45,609 bases of DNA from Octopus sinensis (Eukaryota). Positions 37,104 to 45,609 of the stretch are shown here, one piece after another. The position numbers and the translations under genes are program-made. Position 1 is the first letter of the stretch, and each line of letters begins with the position of its first letter. Location of the stretch: assembly GCF_006345805.1 (NCBI RefSeq), contig NW_021834876.1:1-45609 (forward strand). Direction: 5' to 3'. The notes beneath the pieces were generated by a model. It was given only the letters and a program-made list of their open reading frames with translations. It searched no databases and had not been told where the DNA came from.

Positions 37104-37459
37104 CTCTTTTACTTGTTTCAGTCATTTGACTGCGGCCATGCTGGAGCACCGCCTTTTTGTACTTATTCTATCGGTCTCTTTTTGCCGAACCGCTAAGTGA
37201 CGGGGACGTAAACACACCAGCATCGGTTGTCAAGCAATGCTAGGGGGACAAACACAGACACACACACACATATACATATATATTCATATATATACGACAG
37301 GCTTCTTTCAGTTTCCGTCTACCAAATCCACTCACAAGGCATTGGTCGGCCCGGGGCTATAGCAGAAGACACTTACCCAAGATGCCACGCAGTGGGACTG
37401 AACCCGCAACCGTGTGGTTGGTTAGCAAGCTACTTACCACACAGCCACTCCTGCGCGCC
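37104..37459 (-). mobile_element. SINE family B, near-complete
   Basis: Head ggcgcgcaggagtggctgtgtggtaag and B box gggttcagtccc on minus. Confidence 0.9.
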
Positions 37460-37719
37460 TATATGTGTATATGCTTGCATATATTTACGTAATTATTTAG
37501 CTTCATTTCTAGATTTCATACCGATGGAAAAAGGGGACAGCTCCTAACCAAAAACCAAAGCTTCATTATTATTTCAACAACATGAACAAGGGCAGCTGTG
37601 CATTTATGTGTGTATATGTGCAAGTGTTGGGAATCAGAGCATTTTCAGATGTTGTGGTTTGTTTTTACGTATATGGAACAAGTATAGTGTTATTGGACGC
37701 TCAGGAAAGGAAAGAAAGT

Positions 37720-37889
37720 AGTTTGGTTGATCGAAGCGGTGGCTAATCGAACCACTCAGTAAACATTGGAATGCGTCAGAGATGTCTGCTGGTTGGGTGT
37801 CGGGAATGGTAACTCCGGAAATGAAAGACATCAAGGTGTGATGTTCTGAGTAAAATTTTAAGCCCTTTATAAATAAGATCTGGGGCTCT
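37720..37889 (+). repeat. 170-bp inverted duplicate of mariner segment 38909-39078
   Basis: One mismatch in 170 bp, no indels. Confidence 0.9.
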
Positions 37890-38017
37890 TATAAGTGTCT
37901 TTGACAGAAACATAGGAAAAGGAAAGCTCCAAGGAAGGGAAGACGGAGGGAAAAAAATCACCAACGATACACACGCGGTCACAAATATATATGTGGGTTT
38001 GTGTGTGTGTGTGTGTG

Positions 38018-38074
<57 letters not shown>

Positions 38075-38211
38075 GTGTATTTATCTATCTATGTATATAT
38101 ATATACACACACACACACATTCATATATACATACATACCGATCTATACAAATATGTGTGGATATATACACGCACGCGCGCGCACACACACATACACACAC
38201 ACACACACACA

Positions 38212-39110
38212 CACGGGCATAACATACTGAATGACATGAAAGTATGATAAGAATGCTTTTGTTATATTTTTGGTCTATTTTTCAAGAAATATATATTTAT
38301 TTTTCAACAAAGTCTCCGTCGTTAACTTCAACACAGTTTGTGTACGTATATAGCTTACACAGCTGCTCAGTGGCATTTAGATATAACTGTTTGTCTTTTT
38401 TAGCCAACCACTGTTCTGTAGCTGACAACAAGTTCTTCCTGGCAGGAGAAATTACCTGCCATTCAAGTGGTGCTTCAAATTTGGAAGTAGGTGAAAAATC
38501 ACAGGAAGCAAGGTTTGGTGAACAGGCTTGGGGGAGGGAGGTGGGCAGCACTTCAAAGCCAAATCCACGAATGGCATTCTTTGATACTCGAGACGTGTGA
38601 GCTGGTGCAACATTGCAAAGACGTAGGAGACCGGTATTCTACATTCCACGGCGCTTTGTCTTGGTATAATTTCACTGCCACCGAAGCAAATCAGCTTAAT
38701 AGGCACCTGTGGCGACATGTATTCAATTAACACCCCCCCTGCTGAGTCGTTGAAGATCGTGCGCATGATTTTGCCTGCACTGGGTCGAACTTCAAATTTC
38801 TTAAGCGGCAGGGTGTACTTGTGCACCCACAGCTTGAATCTTTTTTGCGTTTCGAGGTTGCAATGGTAGGTCCTTGTCTCATTTCTGGTTATTAGTCGCT
38901 GCTTGAACAGAGCCCCAGATCTTATTTATAAAGGGCTTAAAATTTTACTCAGAACATCACACCTTGATGTCTTTCATTTCCGGAGTTACCATTCCCGACA
39001 CCCAGCCAGCAGACATCTCTGACGCATTCCAATGTTTACTGAGTGGTTCGATTAGCCACCGCTTCGATCAACCAAACTCCCATAGTTCATGTGATTGGTT
39101 CGCTTCGACG
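38212..39110 (-). pseudogene. heavily decayed mariner transposase with 3' end
   Basis: MSAGWVSGMVT (WVP motif), RLITRNETR (TGDETW), PSAGKIMRTIF, ACSPNLASCDF (YSPDLAP), CVEVNDGDFVEK stop. Confidence 0.85.
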
Positions 39111-39330
39111 CGACTTTATCTATCTCTTATTCGTCTCAGTCGTTGGGCCGCGGCTATCTTGGGGTACCGCCATAAAGGGTTTTAGTCGAAAGAATCGAGC
39201 ACAGCATTTATTTTTTTAAAGCTTGGTACTTCTATTGGTGTCTTTTGACGAACCGCTAGGTTACTGGAGTTTGAACAAGTTAACACTCGGTGTTCAGCGG
39301 TGATGGGGGTAAACACAAACACAGACACAC

Positions 39331-39389
<59 letters not shown>

Positions 39390-39459
39390 TATCTATCTAT
39401 CTCTTAATATATATAAATATATATATATATAATTAGAGAGAGAGAGAGAGAGAGAGGGG

Positions 39460-39497
39460 GTGTAGGCACGGCTGTGTGGTAAGAAGCTTGCTCGTCG

Positions 39498-39539
<42 letters not shown>

Positions 39540-39750
39540 CACGTATTTATTTATGTGTTTGTGTCTGTGTTTGTACCACCACCACCACCACCATCGCTTG
39601 ACAACCGATGTTGGTACGTTTATGTCCCTGTAACTTAGCGGTTCGGCGGAAGAGACCGATAGAATAAGTCGGGGTTCGATTTCTTCGACTAAAAGCCGGT
39701 GCTCCAGCATGGCCACAGTTAAATGACTGAAACAAATAAAAGAGTAAAAG
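39460..39750 (+). mobile_element. SINE family B with internal deletion
   Basis: Head ggctgtgtggtaagaagcttgc joined directly to cgtcgtatatat, then the normal tail. Confidence 0.8.
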
Positions 39751-40713
39751 CGTAATAGCCAAAACACTGACCAACAAAAAATTTTGTTTTCAGCGGATGC
39801 TTCCACAAGGTATCCTGACCCCTGAGAAAGGACCAACTTCAAGAGTTTTCCTCTCCGATTCACAAAGAACACCCTAAACCTTGCCGCCACTTCCCCGTGT
39901 ATAAAGTGCAGTCAGCATGGTACAGATTTTGCATACGATCACAGATTTTTTGCGGCGGGAAACTTCATTAACAGGACAATAATTTTCTGATTCTAATTTT
40001 CTTCGGTCATTGTTAGTTACTTCTTACTTCTAAAATGTAAATCACAAGAAAATATTCTCTGTTCCTGTGACACGTTCCCACCTCTAATTACAGACCCGCT
40101 GTCTCCTCTTCTTCAATTTTCAATTCCTACTACACCGGTTTCTCTTCTTCAGAGATGGCTTGTTTCAATGCCAGCTCCACACAGAAATACCCGACCCACT
40201 CTCTTTTCCTCCTTTTTACATTTTTGTTGTGTCGAAACATCCAAAGACCCCGTACTAATTCTATGCTCAGCCCTTCCTTCTCAGTATATCGGCCTCCTGG
40301 AGTTTCATTCCTGATCGTATGGTATTTTTCCGCAGGTATTGACTCAATGAAGTGCAATAGAGAATTTAAAGGTATTAGTTCCACCGGCCTATGAGGGTCT
40401 GCAATGGCTATGGGGACAAACACATCTTCCAAGTAAATGACTAAGATGAATTAAGAAAATGTTCATTTATATTGAAGCAATATATATATATATATATTAT
40501 ATATATATGCACAGTATATTATATATCTTCATAATCATTATCGTTCTTATCCCCACCCTTATAATCATCACCCCTACCACCACGACCACGACCACCTTCA
40601 TCATCATCCTTATTACAACCATCACCACCACCACCTGGCTCAACACTGTATGATGCTAAAATTTAGTACCTATATCTAGCAGATTCAACTACACACACAC
40701 ACACACACACACG

Positions 40714-40754
<41 letters not shown>

Positions 40755-41023
40755 GTATAATATATGTATGTATGTATGTATGTATGTATATATATATATA
40801 TAAGCAATACTTATAACTACATAGAATATGGACACTTGTTCACCTTAAAAATTTATTTCCTCTTATTTTACAGCAGGTCATTATGATCTTTACGACCTAC
40901 ACGTGTTTCCAGTAAACGTATAACGGGCTGTTGCATATACAACCTGGCACGAGACGGACCACGTCGCCGTATCGAACGTATCCATTTGGCTAGTTTCGAA
41001 ACAAACTAAGTGGAGTATATATA

Positions 41024-41068
<45 letters not shown>

Positions 41069-41084
41069 GCACGCACACACACAC

Positions 41085-41625
41085 CCTTCACCTTTCTAAA
41101 GATCTATTCGAGCTTGCTCGGACATTTTAAACCTTGACAGGCCATCTCACTCTGTCCTGCATTAGTTGAGAAGGTCTCCAGGGAAGCATCCAGTGTCTCT
41201 GATGAGTTGATCAAAATATGTTTGTGTTTGGACGACTTGTTCAACTACGTCCTTGCTTTGGTATTCACAGCAGCAGGTCACTTGCAAACTCTTGTCTATA
41301 TAGCCAGCAATGCCCTGCAAAGCACAAGCGCCTTTCCCTTATAATTGTGGAAACAGTTATTGCTTAGTGGAATGAGTTGTCCGAGAGATGTGTAAGACTG
41401 CTTAAAATTCGGGTGTACGTTTCATCAAGCCAGGCTTCTAGCTTTTTTTTTTTTTTTTGTAAGCATCCAGGTTGTTGCTCTATATAAAGGGACTGACTCT
41501 GCCGTTGCGTGGAAAAAATTACTCATTAGCTGTCTGCCAAGGTTGATTATTTACAGACAACACACAGTTTGTTTAGAGCCGACCTTGCTTTGGCTATACG
41601 AGTTTCTAGATCCTTTCCAGTTGAT
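41085..41625 (-). pseudogene. RTE-clade LINE, 3' segment
   Basis: STGKDLETRIAKARSALNKL...FFHATAESVPLYRATTW...WLDETYTRIL, ending with a stop near 41097. Confidence 0.8.
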
Positions 41626-42546
41626 GAATTGAAATGAAAGAAGTCCTTATAACACCAAAAAACCGAAAGGCTGCTGGATTGGATAAAGTTACACCGGAAG
41701 TCTGGAAAACAGGATAATTGAATGATATTATTGAAAGGCTTCTGCTATAGTCTATAATGGAGGCAACATTGACAAATAGACAGAAGGCTGCATTCACCAA
41801 TTTCTAAAGAAAGGCAATTGGGTCTCACAAAGAATTACAGAGGCTTCACTCTTACATCCATCGCTGCAAAAATTTATTATTCACTTCTATTCAATAGGAA
41901 ACAACCAGGAATTGAGCAAGTTGTGAGAAAAAAAAATTAAAATGGCGTCAGAAAAAAGATGATCCACTCTCAAACAAACACTTGCTGTTCGTTGTCTGCT
42001 AAGGAAATAAAGGCCAAAAATCTTGAAGCAGTATTTCTGTTTGTTGATTTCCTAAGGACTCTTGGCTTTATCCATTGTGATAAAATGGCAGAAATACTAC
42101 TGGTGTATGGTATCCCTGAGAAAACAGCAACAGTAATTATGATATTCTATAAGAAAACGAAATCAATGGTAAGGTCCCAAGACGGGTCCCTTACCATTGT
42201 TTCTTTGACATTAAAACCGGAATACTCCAGAGAGACACATTGGGACCTTCTCTCTTCGGGATCACCTTGGATTATGTCCTCAGAACATTACTTGACAATC
42301 TAAACAGCCTCGGTTGTATACTCGCGGAAAGAAGAGCAGTTGGACATCCAGCTCAAAAAATAATTGATGTAGACTATGCTGATGGTTTTAAACTTAGTCT
42401 CTGCCACAATATCAAACTCCACTCAATTACTTCAAAATCTAGAATTAGCTGCACAAGATGTTAGACCACTTGTTAGTCCGAGTAAAACAAGTCTATAAAA
42501 GACAATGGACTGTGATTTTAAGAAACTTCAGCTGCTGCATTTAGCA
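41620..42546 (+). pseudogene. RTE-clade LINE reverse transcriptase core, inverted relative to its 3' segment
   Basis: KNRKAAGLDKV, KNYRGFTLTSIAAKIY, LEAVFLFVDF, YGIPEK, LDYVLRT and DVDYADG motifs with frameshifts. Confidence 0.85.
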
Positions 42547-42858
42547 GGATCCGGCTAGTTCTGTATATATACTTGTATTTCCATTCTTAAAGACAATAGG
42601 CAGTGATTTTAGAGAAATATAGCTGCTATGTCTAGCGGGTTCAACGACCACATGGACCATTAGCCATTAGCTCACCGTTTTCTCTGTAATTGTTCTGGTT
42701 TGGACGCGTGTGATTCTCAATAATTCCTGATATTAGCTCTCACACATCAATTTGAAGAAGCAATATTTGTAAGACGAAAGTTGGCTGGGAATATTAAGTT
42801 TCACTCTTCGCTGTTGTAGATCAACTGTAATTTAGGACACCCGGAAACCACATATATG

Positions 42859-42975
<117 letters not shown>

Positions 42976-43482
42976 AACTATTTTACACACTCATAGATAT
43001 GCATGGGAGAGTAAGCTCACATAATCATTACGGATATTTATATAGATATTGATTTTCACATTCCTATACAAATAATGTTTATGCGTAGGGGATGTATGCA
43101 GTCACACATATATATTTAAGCGTATAGATGACTATATATATATATATATATATATGCGTATGTTTGTGAATGTGATACTAATACATATATACACACATAC
43201 ATGCGTATATATATGTAAGTATGCATGCATGTATATATATATATATATATGCATGTGTGTGTGTATGATATTTCTTTTCAAATATATGCCTTGATACGTG
43301 CGTGTGTGTGTGTGCGCGCGCGCGCACATCTTAATTAATTTACTAATGAGTCTGAAATATTTTAAATTGTGCACATGTATTAAATTAACTTGCATGTAAT
43401 TAAACCTTATGAAAAACGGTGAAACTTATGAGAACCAACTGTTTTACTACTGCGTAGAAAGAACGAATGAATAAACTAGCTT

Positions 43483-43671
43483 TCTTTTACACGTTTCAGT
43501 CATGTGATTGTGGCCATGCTGGAGCACCACCTCAAAGGGTCTCAGTCGAGGAGATCGACTCCAGGACTTATCCTTTGTAAGCCTAGTACTTATTTTATCG
43601 TTCTCTTCGCCGAACCGCTAAGTTACGGGGACAAACACACACAAACATACGCACGCACACACACATAGATA

Positions 43672-43740
<69 letters not shown>

Positions 43741-44108
43741 TATATATATATTTGTATATATGAAACAGGGACAACTGAAGAAGGGGAATATTCTTTATGT
43801 TGTATGTCTTGTTTCTATGTTTTTGTTTTATGTTTTCGTTTCTCATTGTGTTCAACGTTTTTTGATGTCGTGTACCCATATATGCATGTATATATACATA
43901 TATATAGGTATGCACGTATATGTATGCATATATATATATATTTATATATACGACGCGCTTCTTTCAGTTTCCGTCCACCAAATCCATTCAGAAGGTCTTG
44001 GTCGGCCCAAGGCTAGAGTAGAAGACACTTGCTCAAAGTGCGATGCGGTGAGACTGAACCAGGAGCCACATGGTCGGAAAGCAAGTTTCTTACCCACAGC
44101 CACTCCTG
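43483..44108 (-). mobile_element. SINE family B split in its central microsatellite by an insertion
   Basis: Tail part 43483-43650, head part about 43945-44108. Confidence 0.75.
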
Positions 44109-45039
44109 TGGATTACTTCAGTAAATTTCCCTCAGTTCAGCGCACAGAAATATTTCTTTTTAAATTGCAATAAGTGAACTATACCTTCGTGATTTACATG
44201 TTTCCAAAAGACAAATATTTAGTTCATTAGCGCTCTGCCTGTCCAAAACATCTTCATAAGTTTACCAGTCTATTCTTGTTTTCAGATTTTTTGTTAAATC
44301 ATTGTTTCATATTCTGAGTAATATAAAATTTTTTCCCCTCCATAAGTCTCAAGTTATTTTGGTGGTTGAAAATAAAATGAGAATTTGCATCATGTATATT
44401 GCATTGGCGCTAAGGAAATCTGTCTTGATACACAGGCTAGGCAAAGGGCTATATATGTCTATAAATGAGTGCAGAACAAATGTGGCAAATGCCTTAATTC
44501 AAAAGAGCATGGTTTGTTTTCTTCTGTTTTTTTTTATCAGTATTTAGATCATTATATATGTACTTATTAGTTTGTTGCAATTCTCATGATGGTAATTTGT
44601 ACCATTAATCCAGTGATGTTATGTATATAAGTTATACATATCTGAAGAAGTAACAATGCATTTTGATTATGTAATTTACGTTATGTAACCAAAAATGTTT
44701 TTGTTAATGAAATGCACGTAAGATGGTACAACGAAAACAATCTCTGATGTTTTTTTATTTGTTTTGTGTGTATGTGTGTGCACGAATGTGCGTGTGTGAG
44801 TGTGTGTGCATGCATGTGTGAGTATGTGTGTGTGTGCGCGCCTGTGTGCGTGTGTGTGCGTGTATGTGTATTTGTGTGCGTGTGTGTATTTGTGTGCGTG
44901 TGTGTGCTTTATTAAAGTCCTGTAGGAAATGATTTGCGTGTCAATATTACCATTTCCTATCTGAACCCAATTGAGTTTTACAAGTGTTGAAAAGTAGGAG
45001 AGCAATAATAATGGTTTCTGAAAAAGGAAGAAGGAGAGA

Positions 45040-45580
45040 AATTTGGGGCAAGGGGGTAAGTTGATACCTTCCAGCCCAGCATTTTGCCGGCATTTTATTT
45101 TATCGGCCCCGAAAAGATGAAAGTAAAGTTGAAAATGGATCTTGGGTTTTGAAATGGGGACGTAACGAGGTGGAATAAATACCGCAAGGTATTTTCTCCA
45201 GCGCAATGATAATTTTCCTCATCCATTGGTGCAACGGCAGCAATTTTGACGAGAGGGGAGTTGATTGACCCCAGTACTTGACTGGTACTTTGAGTTATTG
45301 ACTCCAGGAGGATGAAAAGAAGGTTTGACTTGGGTGGTATTTGAACTCAGAACGTAAGCAGTCGGAAGAAATATCTCAAGACATTTTATCTTCACTCAAA
45401 CGATTCAATCAGCTCACCATTTTAAATGGTTTCTAATTTAGGCTCAAAGCCAGCTGTTTTGAGAGGAGGGGTCTAGTCGACACCATTGACCCCCGGTACA
45501 TGAGTGGCGTTTTGTTTTATAGATCTTGGAAAGTTAAGAGGCTGGGATGATTACGGCAGCATTTGAACCCAAAATGTAAA
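45040..45580 (-). mobile_element. three decayed SINE family A-like copies, followed by a family B head at about 45585
   Basis: Repeated tttatcg.cccc..aagatgaaa and atttgaac(t/c)caga; gcaggagtggctgtgtggtaag at the window end. Confidence 0.65.
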
Positions 45581-45609
45581 GACGCCGCAGGAGTGGCTGT
45601 GTGGTAAGT

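Noticed and set aside
39780-39815. Possible 16-nt micro-exon (ttttgttttcag|cggatgcttccacaag|gtatcc)
   Set aside because: Weak donor and no partner exon; cannot be supported from sequence alone.
40128-40157. Minus-strand CTGAAGA-AGA-GAAACCGGTG
   Set aside because: No stem II, a G at the cleavage position, and no stem I.

Overview
AT-rich, microsatellite-dense eukaryotic non-coding DNA. The tRNA-derived SINE families resemble those I recognise from Octopus genomes, so the source is probably an octopus intron or intergenic region (inference, not verified). No host protein-coding exon, rRNA, true tRNA or CRISPR array is supported, and nearly all ORFs in the track are translations of microsatellites or SINEs. 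The window holds four SINE families, hAT, mariner and pogo MITEs, decayed mariner and Tc1 transposases, and CR1/L2-like, R4/Dong-like and RTE LINE remnants. The least expected signal is a dense set of type-I hammerhead ribozyme motifs: about 6 with intact or near-intact cores and a dozen or more decayed, from several unrelated sequence families. They repeatedly occur as head-to-head inverted pairs, including a perfect 132-bp palindrome with a hammerhead on each strand. One lies in a 613-bp terminally redundant unit. This fits non-autonomous Penelope-like or retrozyme-like elements. The RTE LINE also has a 5' inversion with twin-priming geometry. All coordinates were read by eye and may be off by a few bases.
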